A stretch of 64,000 nucleotides of DNA, taken from a virus. Positions 1-8,452 of the stretch are shown here, piece by piece (positions within the stretch are counted from its first letter, which is position 1; each line of letters opens with the position of its first letter). The notes beneath the pieces are model-generated. The model searched no databases, had not been told where the DNA came from, and saw only the letters and a program-made list of their open reading frames with translations. The DNA is taken from the UHGV virus genome UHGV-1451962. One strand, 5' to 3'. Made by a program: the position numbers and the translations under genes.

Positions 1-65
1 CCTTAGAAGTTATTTTTTCAATGGAAATAAAGAAGATTAAGGGGAAGGAGTTTACGAATTAAAGA

Positions 66-170
66 GATGTTTTATTAAAATATATTTTAAAATAGAGAAA
101 AAAATAATCTAAAATATAGATGTTTTATTAAAATATATTTTAAAATAGAGAAGTTTTATTAAAATAGAGA
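66..170. repeat. direct repeats, 33-bp unit x2 plus truncated third copy
   Basis: 'gatgttttattaaaatatattttaaaatagaga' at 66-98 and 119-151; partial copy 'agttttattaaaatagaga' at 152-170. Confidence 0.85.
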
Positions 171-200
171 AGTGCTCTGCGCAACACTTGTCTACCCATT

Positions 201-266
201 ATCATCTTCAATTCTCATTTATCATCTTCAATTCTCATTTATCATCTTCAATTCTCATTTATCATT
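201..266. repeat. tandem 20-bp repeat, ~3.3 copies (iteron-like)
   Basis: 'atcatcttcaattctcattt' at 201-220, 221-240, 241-260, then partial 'atcatt'. Confidence 0.9.
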
Positions 267-272
267 ATTCCC

Positions 273-300
273 CTGTAAAAGGGGTTATCCCCTTTTACAG
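273..300 (-). terminator. stem-loop at 3' end of the 295..843 gene (possible terminator)
   Basis: perfect 12-bp stem ctgtaaaagggg/ccccttttacag with 4-nt loop; no clean U-tract, so function uncertain. Confidence 0.3.
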
Positions 301-843
301 TAGAGAGTTCAAAAACTTATTAATTCTTTCTGCATCATCATCAATCTTGTTACTAAAAGCCTTAGCAACAGAGAAAAGCTTATTCACCTTATCCAATTCC
401 TTAGTCATGCTTTCAGCCAAAAGATTGATACTATCATCATCAAGACTAATCTCATCAAGCATAGGACGCATAGCAGGAGCAATCTGATAAAGACCCTCAA
501 TCAAAAGAATAATAAAATCCTCAGTAGTAATCTTACCATTACTCAAATGAACAAGAGCATTATTAATTTTTACATGCAGATTACCAAAAATGAAATCTCT
601 ATCACCTTCAACAGGAGTCTTCACCAACCAAAAACTCTTCTTCTTATTCTGCTCTGCCTTAAAAGTAGACTCCGCGGCATTGGCTCGCTCAGAGATATAC
701 TTCATAATCTCATCCATAGACTTGCCCTTGCGCAGCTCATCCATAATATAATCCTCAAACTTCATAGTAGTCTTGCAGTTACAAGAGGAGTTAAGCTCGG
801 CAGTAGAGGCGTTACAGCAATCATTAACCTTATAAGTAGACAT
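295..843 (-). CDS. hypothetical protein
   Basis: 182-aa ORF; promoter/RBS cassette immediately upstream (881-909, RBS complement of 'ttcctttcc' at ~853-861). Confidence 0.5.
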   Translation of the reverse strand: MSTYKVNDCCNASTAELNSSCNCKTTMKFEDYIMDELRKGKSMDEIMKYISERANAAESTFKAEQNKKKSFWLVKTPVEGDRDFIFGNLHVKINNALVHLSNGKITTEDFIILLIEGLYQIAPAMRPMLDEISLDDDSINLLAESMTKELDKVNKLFSVAKAFSNKIDDDAERINKFLNSLL

Positions 844-880
844 AAATTTTTAATTCCTTTCCTTTTGTTTTTCTATATAT

Positions 881-909
881 ATTATATAATAATTTTTTAA
901 TATTTTCAA
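881..909 (-). promoter_or_regulatory. sigma-A-type promoter (TTGAAA-N17-TATAAT) for the 295..843 gene
   Basis: minus-strand -35 is complement of 'tttcaa' 904-909; -10 is complement of 'attata' 881-886; 17-nt spacer. Confidence 0.5.
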
Positions 910-1016
910 TTGCGGATATAGGGGAGTAGTTATTTTGAATTTTCATTTGGAAAAAATTGGGGAATGGAACTCACAATTTCTGAAGGGAAAATTGAAAGTG
1001 AGAGAGAAAAGTTAAT

Positions 1017-1089
1017 GGAATAATAAATCGACCGAAGGTCGATTTATTATTCCTTAGTAAATAAGTCATCCGAAGGATGACTTATTTAC
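1017..1089. other. two adjacent perfect stem-loops with GAA loops
   Basis: 1017-1053: 17-bp stem ggaataataaatcgacc/ggtcgatttattattcc, loop gaa; 1057-1089: 15-bp stem gtaaataagtcatcc/ggatgacttatttac, loop gaa. Confidence 0.85.
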
Positions 1090-1124
1090 GTTATGTAAGT
1101 AGAGTGGTGAAGTAAAATAATACT

Positions 1125-1403
1125 TAAAAAATTAACCTATTTTTTCTGTATGTGGTTATATATATTGGTATACATTTTTTTGAGGTTAATTTTAAATCCA
1201 GATTTTAACGTATTATTATCAATGAGTATGAGATCTTTGCTTCTTTTTTGTACCTATGGTTGAATATAACCATATACAATTTTTTGACGCAAAAATTTTA
1301 TGTTCATTGGTAAACAGTATATTAAAGCTGATTTAAAATTAACCTCAAAAAAATGTATACCAATATATATAACCACATACAGAAAAAATAGGTTAATTTT
1401 TTA
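1125..1403. repeat. 74-bp perfect inverted repeat (arms 1125-1198 and 1330-1403) flanking a 131-bp spacer
   Basis: reverse complement of 1330-1403 equals 1125-1198 base for base (checked manually); spacer 1199-1329 is AT-rich and non-coding. Confidence 0.9.
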
Positions 1404-1495
1404 GGTTATTTTTGTTAAATCTTCCTTATCCAGAATTTATATTTTAATAGTAGAATAAAAATTCTACAAATTTTATTTTAAGGAGATTTAACAAA

Positions 1496-2128
1496 ATGAT
1501 AATTACAAGAAGAAAACTTAGTGAAAAATATTCTATATCGCATAATGTTTGGGATAGAAAACATGATGAATTAATGCTTCATCTTCAAGAATATATGGAT
1601 ATAACTGAATTCAAATCCAATAAAGGCAGATATACCTATGAAATCAAAGGCGAAATGCCTGATGTAATCCCTTCATTAAGAACTGCTCAAACTAAACAAA
1701 AGAAAAAAGATTATGAGAAGTTCACTATTACCGCTTTAGGTACTGAATTCAAACCCAATAGTAAGAGCAAAATCGCCAGAGATGCTATTGCGGATTTTGG
1801 ATATGAAAAATATAAGCATAAATCTCAACGCTTTGTGGCCGAACAATACATCAAAGAGCCATTTAATAAATATGGCATTAGCGATGGAAACCAGTATTGG
1901 TGTTTTTATTCAACCTATGAGGTTATGGATGAAACCATCGTTACTGAGTGGCGCAAAATCCTCTCTGAAGAGAAGATTGGTGAAGAAGAAGCAGCCAATG
2001 CTTTTTACCGCCAAGCGCAAGGAGAAGATATCTCTACCGAACTGCAGTTCTACAAGAACGCCATGAATAGATTTAAAGAAAAGTATAATGATATACCGGT
2101 TCTAGTTAAAAAGTGGAAGTGTAAATAA
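1496..2128 (+). CDS. hypothetical protein
   Basis: 210-aa ORF preceded by 'aaggagatttaacaaaATG'; terminator hairpin downstream at 2228-2286. Confidence 0.55.
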   Translation: MIITRRKLSEKYSISHNVWDRKHDELMLHLQEYMDITEFKSNKGRYTYEIKGEMPDVIPSLRTAQTKQKKKDYEKFTITALGTEFKPNSKSKIARDAIADFGYEKYKHKSQRFVAEQYIKEPFNKYGISDGNQYWCFYSTYEVMDETIVTEWRKILSEEKIGEEEAANAFYRQAQGEDISTELQFYKNAMNRFKEKYNDIPVLVKKWKCK

Positions 2129-2227
2129 CACTTCCACTTTCAACAAACCGAGCGGGCATATGTGTTTCTCTTTCTTTTTCCTTTTCCTTTTGTTTATATA
2201 AATATTATATAATAATTTTAATTATTA

Positions 2228-2286
2228 ATCAACTTGACTTTTATTTTTTCTTTTGTTTTTTGAAAAGTCAAGTTGATTTTTTTTTA
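2228..2286 (+). terminator. rho-independent terminator-like hairpin
   Basis: 15-bp stem atcaacttgactttt/aaaagtcaagttgat with 20-nt loop, followed by a T-run. Confidence 0.5.
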
Positions 2287-2511
2287 TACCTTAAATTTTT
2301 AAAAAGTCAAATGCGGACTTTGACTTGACAAATTAAAAAAAATTTTTTTCCGAGCGGGTGAGCCACTTTCGGGAAAAACCCCGGCCATATGAAGGGTCGC
2401 TAGAAGTCTAGAAAAATCGCCATATGCTAGTGGAAAGGGGATTTCGGGCTGTGACCACTGTCCACAGCCCGCCACTCCTTATATATAGTATACCATAAAA
2501 CCAGCCTTATG

Positions 2512-2712
2512 TCAATCGGCATTTTCACCAAAAGTAAATTTTATTTTATTACTAGGACACTTCACGCACAAATACACATCTCCATTTTCTTCTTTTTGAA
2601 TATAAAAAGTAAATAACTGGCCGGTTTCCATTCCTAGATAATCTCTTAACTTAGAAGGGATAACTAATCGACCAGTCGAGTCCAGCTTTCTGGCAAATTC
2701 AGTTTTCAACAT
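2512..2712 (-). CDS. small AbrB/SpoVT-like DNA-binding protein
   Basis: 'GRLVIPSKLRDYLGMETGQ' resembles the AbrB swapped-hairpin N-domain motif (GRVVIP..LR..LGI). Confidence 0.45.
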   Translation of the reverse strand: MLKTEFARKLDSTGRLVIPSKLRDYLGMETGQLFTFYIQKEENGDVYLCVKCPSNKIKFTFGENAD

Positions 2713-2995
2713 ATCCAGATATTTTTTTCTGATGACCTAGACGTGCGAAATTTCAACCCTAAAACGGGCCTTTCTATCTCTAAAATCTTTAAAGTAATTT
2801 ACCACTCACAAGGCATCTTAGAACAGAAATCACGCATAACACAAACTTCGCAATTATCCTACTTTAGGCAGTATTCAATAATCACCGCAAGTACCTTTAA
2901 TAATTCACAGGTCATTAGAAAAGCTCCTTTCCTTAATTTCTATATATATTATAACATAATTTTTTAGAAAAAACAAAAAAGAACTCTGAGTATTC

Positions 2996-3463
2996 TCAGA
3001 GTTCTTTAGTTTCTGTCACAAAGTATTTGGCATTGTAATCCACCAGAATTTTCTTAACTTGGCTACTCTCCATTTGTGTGGCACAATAAACATTAAAAAT
3101 TGAATATTTACCTACATTTTCAATATAATTATGCGGAATTGAGTTTAGTCTTTCGTGAAGTTGTTTTGTAAATTCACCGGGGACAGTCACCTCAATTCGC
3201 CACAATTTTTCTTTTCTTCCTTTTGCTTCCGCCCACTTAACCGCATACACGCCAACCAGATTACAGCCAAAGGTAACTAATACCTTCTGCCACAGAGGGA
3301 AATCCGCGACTGTGTAAATAAGAACTATATTATAATAACCATAGTACAGAGCAGAAATCATGCTTGCGGAAAATGGTGTACCATTAATAGTTACAATGCT
3401 TTTGATTGTCGAAAAAACCACATTGGCAATGGAGAGACCAATAAATAACAAGAGTAAAGACAA
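2996..3463 (-). CDS. hypothetical membrane protein
   Basis: 155 aa with several hydrophobic segments (LLLLFIGLSIANVVF..., ALYYGYYNIVLIYTV...). Confidence 0.45.
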   Translation of the reverse strand: MSLLLLFIGLSIANVVFSTIKSIVTINGTPFSASMISALYYGYYNIVLIYTVADFPLWQKVLVTFGCNLVGVYAVKWAEAKGRKEKLWRIEVTVPGEFTKQLHERLNSIPHNYIENVGKYSIFNVYCATQMESSQVKKILVDYNAKYFVTETKEL

Positions 3464-3652
3464 TTAAATACCCGCCTTTCTGCACATCACAAAGAACTCT
3501 TCCAGAGGAACCCAAGCCCCATCAATAGTAATCAATGGCCACCAATCTCCTTCACATTCTTTGTCATAGTCCATGAAGTAGTCATAGGCTTTCTGCAAAG
3601 AATCAAACTTCGCAAAATCGCCGTTGTAGCGGTCAGTAATTTTGATAATCAT
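3464..3652 (-). CDS. hypothetical protein
   Basis: 62-aa ORF abutting the neighbouring ORFs in the same orientation. Confidence 0.35.
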   Translation of the reverse strand: MIIKITDRYNGDFAKFDSLQKAYDYFMDYDKECEGDWWPLITIDGAWVPLEEFFVMCRKAGI

Positions 3653-4242
3653 TATTCTTCATCCTCCTTTTCCCAGCAAACAATATATTGTGAGTATTCA
3701 CCATTTGGTTTAAGAAATTGAACCTTATAGCCTGCTTCCTCAAGTATTTGAGTAATAATTTTTGTATCTTCTAGAAGATTAATAGTAGCAGCAAATTTTC
3801 CATCTTCTGCGGCACTTAGAAGATTAAACATAATTTGCCCAAGGGCTTCAGTGATTACTGTAGATCTTGCTTGTAGTGTTTTATCAAGCATCCCTTTAGC
3901 ATCCAACCAGTTCGTAGGTTTTCTAATTTCTATTTCTACCTTCCTTTCTCTATGGAAGAGGGCTTTTCGGCCCTCTTCTTCTTCCATAACTACACCAGCA
4001 AGAATTAAAGTGTTGCAGATGCACTGCCAAGCATAAAGACCCATATTTTGGGGAATGGCTTCCCAAATCTCAGGCCGCAACTTCTTCAGGCCAGTTAGAA
4101 GCATACCGCCCCAGTCGCCACCGCAAGCAACGCACTTGTCCAAAAACTGGCCAAAGGTAATGTTTAACGGCTCACAGCTATCAATAGCTTCAAGAACATC
4201 CTCACCCCAGTTCTTTGCGATGAAGTCTCTGCGTTCATTCAT
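3652..4242 (-). CDS. hypothetical protein
   Basis: 196-aa ORF; promoter/RBS cassette upstream at ~4250-4300. Confidence 0.5.
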   Translation of the reverse strand: MNERRDFIAKNWGEDVLEAIDSCEPLNITFGQFLDKCVACGGDWGGMLLTGLKKLRPEIWEAIPQNMGLYAWQCICNTLILAGVVMEEEEGRKALFHRERKVEIEIRKPTNWLDAKGMLDKTLQARSTVITEALGQIMFNLLSAAEDGKFAATINLLEDTKIITQILEEAGYKVQFLKPNGEYSQYIVCWEKEDEE

Positions 4243-4560
4243 ACTATCAACCTCTTTCCTTAATTTCTGTATTCATTATAGCATCTTTGCCCTGGTTTGT
4301 CAAGACCTTTTTTATTTTTTTTGAAATTTTTAAATCCCCTTTCCTTTTGTGATTATATAATAACATAATTTTGGGAAAATGTCAATAAGTAAAATTGTAC
4401 AAATCAAAAGCAGAAAAATTGTGGAAAATGTATATTGACACGAATTCGGGCCACATCCACCAAGCGCGGCCCGTCGAGTTTTGTTATTGCTTTACTTTTG
4501 CTTATAACAAGTATAGGGATAAAAAAAGGATAGTGGCTATTAACCACTATCCTTTAATAA

Positions 4561-4812
4561 TCAAACATCTTCAATTACGATATTTTCGCCGATCTCTGCT
4601 AAGTTTTGCAAAATATCTGACGCTTCTCCCACTTTTGCGGCATCAATGGTTTCGTATTTGCCAATATAACTATTAGCAGACATCACCTCCCAAATTTGAT
4701 TAAGAATGTCAGAGGCTTGCTCAAGACGATCAATTTCTTCTTGGGATAAGCGAACCTCGCATTGCTTTTCAATAACAATCATGTTCTCTTCCTCCTTATA
4801 GTTCGATCTCAT
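4561..4812 (-). CDS. hypothetical protein
   Basis: 83-aa acidic ORF. Confidence 0.4.
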   Translation of the reverse strand: MRSNYKEEENMIVIEKQCEVRLSQEEIDRLEQASDILNQIWEVMSANSYIGKYETIDAAKVGEASDILQNLAEIGENIVIEDV

Positions 4813-5140
4813 AGGTTTTGCGGATAGTAACCTTTACTTTCTTGGGTTTTTGTTTACAGCAAAATCTGTCATTGCGGACAAATTCGCCGATAGAAGATTC
4901 CTGCCATGCTGCACGATTCTTATCCTCATATCGCAAAGTCGAATACTTAGACAAAGGCAGATGCCAATCATAGACAAACTTAGCGGATTTCGGCATAGTA
5001 AACTTAGGTGAACGCTTATAATTTCTGGTATGCTCTTGCTGTCTCCGGGCTAAATCATTAGTAGTGCCTATTTTGAGAATGTAGTTGCCTTCTACATCAA
5101 AATAGTGACCTACATACAAATACTCTTTCTTTTGTTGCAT
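4796..5140 (-). CDS. hypothetical protein
   Basis: 114-aa ORF. Confidence 0.45.
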   Translation of the reverse strand: MQQKKEYLYVGHYFDVEGNYILKIGTTNDLARRQQEHTRNYKRSPKFTMPKSAKFVYDWHLPLSKYSTLRYEDKNRAAWQESSIGEFVRNDRFCCKQKPKKVKVTIRKTYEIEL

Positions 5141-5197
5141 TTACATCACCTTTTTCGTCAAAATTAGCTCTTTTTTAAGTGAAAAGGGCCAAAAACT

Positions 5198-5587
5198 TTA
5201 CTTTTTGGCCCTTTTCTGAACTAAAGTCAACTCAAAGGCGTTATTATCAACAGAAAAAGCAATCTGTCGCTCAGGATTTGCAATTTTTACATCACAAATC
5301 CCCAAAGATTCAAGAAAACCTGCAAGTTCCGCAATCAAATTTGCTTTAGTGGGGTTCTCTTTTCTTTCTCTTTTAATAGGGGTCTTGCGGTCATGCTTCT
5401 TAGTATGTTGCCCGGTAATAGTATACTTCTTTGCTACCTTTTGTTGTTCCTCGGTCAAATCCCATTCATGCGGGATGCCTTTATCAACCTCGCAGTCTGC
5501 CTTATAGATTTCTACTGCTTTTTCATAACTGCACTTGATGCCAGCTTGGATTCTTGCGATTGCTTCTTTTGCTTTGTCCAAAAACAT
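5198..5587 (-). CDS. hypothetical basic protein, paralog of 9346..9708
   Basis: shares spaced motifs with the 9346..9708 product (D.G...L.EEQ.KV.KK ... NPER.I ... F..TL). Confidence 0.5.
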   Translation of the reverse strand: MFLDKAKEAIARIQAGIKCSYEKAVEIYKADCEVDKGIPHEWDLTEEQQKVAKKYTITGQHTKKHDRKTPIKRERKENPTKANLIAELAGFLESLGICDVKIANPERQIAFSVDNNAFELTLVQKRAKK

Positions 5588-5611
5588 ACCTCCCCTCTAG
5601 GGAAGAGGGCC

Positions 5612-6034
5612 TTAGCCCTCTTCCTCTTCTACCACGGCCTGCGCCTTGTAGAAATGGGCAATACCCTTGTGGGTATCCTTGTAAGCAATACCCTCAGAGA
5701 CAAGAGCCTTGCACATAGGGGCGATACGCTGGGGAGTCAAATCTTCCAGTTCAGGAATGGCCTTGCGGAGCATTGCAATGGTCATACCATCTTCGGTCAA
5801 CTGCTCGGCAATCAGAGCCTTAAAATGCTCATTCTCAGTCTGGCGGGCAGTCTGCTTGCGGGAATTAGAACCCTTCTTAGCATCCAGCAGGCGAATTTCA
5901 TTGGAGAGGAAATCGGTCAGACCCTCAAAGTCAAAACCTTCGTCCTCACGGCCTTCGCACAGTTCCACCAGCTCAATCAGAGACTGGAAACGCTCACGCT
6001 TAGTAATTCTCTTGTTAGTATTTTCCATAAACAC
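5612..6034 (-). CDS. hypothetical protein, paralog of 9768..10124
   Basis: C-terminal region 'TARQTENEHFKALIAEQL...IPELEDLTPQRIAPMCKALVSEGIAYKDTHKGIAHFY' parallels 'TATQTENARLIEVIADTL...IPELNGFTPQKVGPMLKKLVETGRATRDTNKGKAYY'. Confidence 0.5.
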   Translation of the reverse strand: MFMENTNKRITKRERFQSLIELVELCEGREDEGFDFEGLTDFLSNEIRLLDAKKGSNSRKQTARQTENEHFKALIAEQLTEDGMTIAMLRKAIPELEDLTPQRIAPMCKALVSEGIAYKDTHKGIAHFYKAQAVVEEEEG

Positions 6035-6369
6035 CTATCTCGCTTTTGGTTTTTAAGAGTTTGTCCTTCTCTTGATTACATGCTTATTATAGCATGTTTC
6101 TTGGGGTTTGTCAAGAGGTTTCGCAAACTTTTCACAAGATTTACGGCTTCCAGAGCATGTTGGGCAATAACAATTACCACATGATATAAGACTTACCACT
6201 TGATGTATTTCGTTTACTTCCTATACTTTCTCACAGGTCGGCCGCCCTAGGATTTCTTGGGCTACTTCCTCCTGACATTATTTATTATATCAGATTTCAC
6301 CCAAATTGCAATAGGCAAATTGTACAAAAAGCGGGATTTTCCTCAAATAAATTTTGTGCAGTTTAACTC

Positions 6370-6398
6370 TTGACAAATTTTGTGCCGCGTGGTATAAT
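6370..6398 (+). promoter_or_regulatory. near-consensus promoter on the plus strand, opposite to the surrounding genes
   Basis: TTGACA 6370-6375, 17-nt spacer, TGgTATAAT with TATAAT at 6393-6398. Confidence 0.5.
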
Positions 6399-6404
6399 TG
6401 AAAT

Positions 6405-6513
6405 TTCGGCGCTCCACAGTCGTGGGCGCCGCGCCATTGTATCATAAAGCTGCGGTTTTGTCAATAGGCAAAATGTACAAAAAAATGAGGGAAAAATCCC
6501 TCATTTCCTTTTC
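6405..6513 (+). ncRNA. candidate small RNA / antisense transcript
   Basis: downstream of promoter 6370-6398: GC-rich hairpin 'cggcgctccacagtcgtgggcgccg', no credible ORF, then hairpin 'atgagggaaaaatccctcat' (6486-6505) followed by a T-rich stretch. Confidence 0.25.
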
Positions 6514-6777
6514 CACTTTGTCAAGATCAGCTTTCAGACTGTCAAGTTCCTGCTCTTTGTCCATAGTTTTTAATTCAAGCGCAGTCTCTAAATAACGTAA
6601 GTAATTCTGATAGTCATCGGTGCTATACTCAGAAAAAGTGAACCCTTTTCCTCTGAACTTATCTCTTACACGAGTGACACTTTTATGACATTGAACACGT
6701 TCTTCATACACAGCATAACTATCAGTTCCTTTCTTAATTTCTGTATTTATTATAGCGTCTTTGCTTTGAATCGTCAA
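6442..6777 (-). CDS. doubtful ORF (true product probably shorter)
   Basis: ORF runs through its own promoter/RBS cassette (6725-6795) and uses a TTG start; first in-frame ATG is far downstream. Confidence 0.2.
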   Translation of the reverse strand: MTIQSKDAIINTEIKKGTDSYAVYEERVQCHKSVTRVRDKFRGKGFTFSEYSTDDYQNYLRYLETALELKTMDKEQELDSLKADLDKVEKEMRDFSLIFLYILPIDKTAAL

Positions 6778-6805
6778 TAGACAAATTGCACAAAGTGGAA
6801 GATTT

Positions 6806-7339
6806 TTATAACTTCATTCCATTTGTTTGAAATGCTTTAGCTACTTTATCAAAGCAATCTTCCATTTTAAGAATTTCCTGCTTCTTACTTTCTATCTGAA
6901 AAAGAAGATTTACATAAACTTCCTGAAGGTATTCCCGATACCCACTAGCATTGAAGGCGAAAGTATCTCGATAACAAATAGTAATATCACTTCTATTATA
7001 GTGGATGCCTAATTCTTCCCCACCATTAGCCGCGATCAGAGCTTCCTTTGCCGCCACCAGCAGCTCTCTGTATTCCTTATACTTCATAAGAAGCTCGCCG
7101 GCACGGTTTGTTACATAAGGAGCAGTTTCTCTGCATCTAGGCCCATTTGTATCATAGACCGGTGCTTTACCAACCACTTTGATGATATTGTGGTTGAAGA
7201 GAGTTTCCGCCTTAGAGCGTCCCTTACCACGAGCCGCATCATATTTATCAGAGGTGAAGGGTTTATCCCCGAACAGTTTAACAACCTGAGCAGCACCTTC
7301 CAGAACGCTATTGCAATTTTTGATAGAGAACATAATCAT
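6806..7339 (-). CDS. hypothetical protein
   Basis: ORF track start at 7342 is TTG; ATG at 7339 sits 5 nt after the RBS (complement of 'cctttcct'); promoter at 7366-7394. Confidence 0.55.
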   Translation of the reverse strand: MIMFSIKNCNSVLEGAAQVVKLFGDKPFTSDKYDAARGKGRSKAETLFNHNIIKVVGKAPVYDTNGPRCRETAPYVTNRAGELLMKYKEYRELLVAAKEALIAANGGEELGIHYNRSDITICYRDTFAFNASGYREYLQEVYVNLLFQIESKKQEILKMEDCFDKVAKAFQTNGMKL

Positions 7340-7365
7340 CAATTCCTTTCCTGTTTTCTGTTGTT

Positions 7366-7394
7366 ATTATATCATGCTTTTGCTTACTTGTCAA
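7366..7394 (-). promoter_or_regulatory. sigma-A-type promoter with extended -10 (TTGACA-N17-TGaTATAAT)
   Basis: -35 is complement of 'tgtcaa' 7389-7394; -10 is complement of 'attata' 7366-7371; TG at 7373-7374. Confidence 0.6.
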
Positions 7395-7611
7395 GAGATT
7401 TTATCAAATTGCTTGTATCTGTTTCAGTAAGAATTTTTTCCATCTCTTTGACAGATAAGCTGTCTACTTTTCTCTGGAAATCTTTGAGGAGTAAATCATC
7501 CCCACAGATTTCTTCCTCAATATCTACCCACTCTTTGTAAACATGGAGTAGTAAATATTCATCAGGTTCCATCAAAGAACCGCAGACAATGTAGCCATCA
7601 TCCAAAAGCAA
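7384..7611 (-). CDS. hypothetical protein
   Basis: 75-aa ORF. Confidence 0.35.
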   Translation of the reverse strand: MLLDDGYIVCGSLMEPDEYLLLHVYKEWVDIEEEICGDDLLLKDFQRKVDSLSVKEMEKILTETDTSNLIKSLDK

Positions 7612-7986
7612 ACCAGCGTGGACAACCCCTTCAAGGTCGAGAAATAATACCTACTTTGTCATTTGCAAAACTCCCTTTTGTTTTATTTTATCAGAGCGGC
7701 GCCTACTCTGACAGCTTTCTTGTTGTTTATTACTTTGGAGCAATAGAAAAAGCTAAGAAAATCTCCGCATCACTATATGGTTTTTATTTCGTTCATGTAA
7801 AACAACAGTGCAAACAAAATTCTGTAATAATTGGGTTAGCATGGCGGCGGGTGCCTGGTAATATCTATCATTCGCTTTACTCCTTTTTATTTATTTATTT
7901 GCCACTAAAACACTTTATCACCTCCCTTGACTGTACCTGTATTATATCACAGAAGAAAAGCTTTGTCAAGCCTTTTTTGCAATTTT

Positions 7987-8385
7987 TTAATCCTTAATAA
8001 GTTCTTTGGGAATAGTCCAACCAACGGCTCGGCAATAAGCAATAACCATACCAACCGCGGGAATGAAAGTGTCATTTGTTGTGGCTGTTGCTTTTCCAGT
8101 CAGGCGATGATTATTGCTGATAACTTCGCAAACAGTAGTTCTGCCCTCAATACTGAACTTTGCAGAAGTGCCATATAACATATGAGCATTGTCCTCTAAC
8201 CACTTCTGAGCAATAGAAGCCTTGCTTTCTGCGGATTGAACATACTTACGGAGAATAATTCCATCCGAACTGGTGCAAATTTCCAGTGGGTCTCCCTCCT
8301 GAATGTGCATGTTGCGGCGGATCTCCTTGGGGATGACCACCCGGCCCAGGTCGTCGATGCGGCGCACGATACCAGTAGTTTTCAT
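7987..8385 (-). CDS. AbrB-family transition-state-regulator-like DNA-binding protein
   Basis: N-terminus 'MKTTGIVRRIDDLGRVVIPKEIRRNMHIQEGDPLEI...GIILRKY' closely matches the AbrB N-domain (MKSTGIVRKVDELGRVVIPIELRRTLGI...IILKKY). Confidence 0.75.
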   Translation of the reverse strand: MKTTGIVRRIDDLGRVVIPKEIRRNMHIQEGDPLEICTSSDGIILRKYVQSAESKASIAQKWLEDNAHMLYGTSAKFSIEGRTTVCEVISNNHRLTGKATATTNDTFIPAVGMVIAYCRAVGWTIPKELIKD

Positions 8386-8452
8386 ATTTTTTTACTTCCT
8401 TTCTTTTACTGTATTTGTATTATACCATACAGTCCGGTCTTTGTCAAGCCTT

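Noticed and set aside
5393-6184. 263-aa plus-strand ORF (and 5709..6056) overlapping the minus-strand genes 5198..5587 and 5612..6034
   Set aside because: Antisense to two well-supported, promoter- and RBS-equipped minus-strand genes, with no RBS of its own; judged a spurious shadow ORF.
6398-6595. 65-aa plus-strand ORF starting right after the plus-strand promoter at 6370-6398
   Set aside because: Uses a TTG start with no RBS and gives a low-complexity translation; the locus is better explained as a non-coding transcript.
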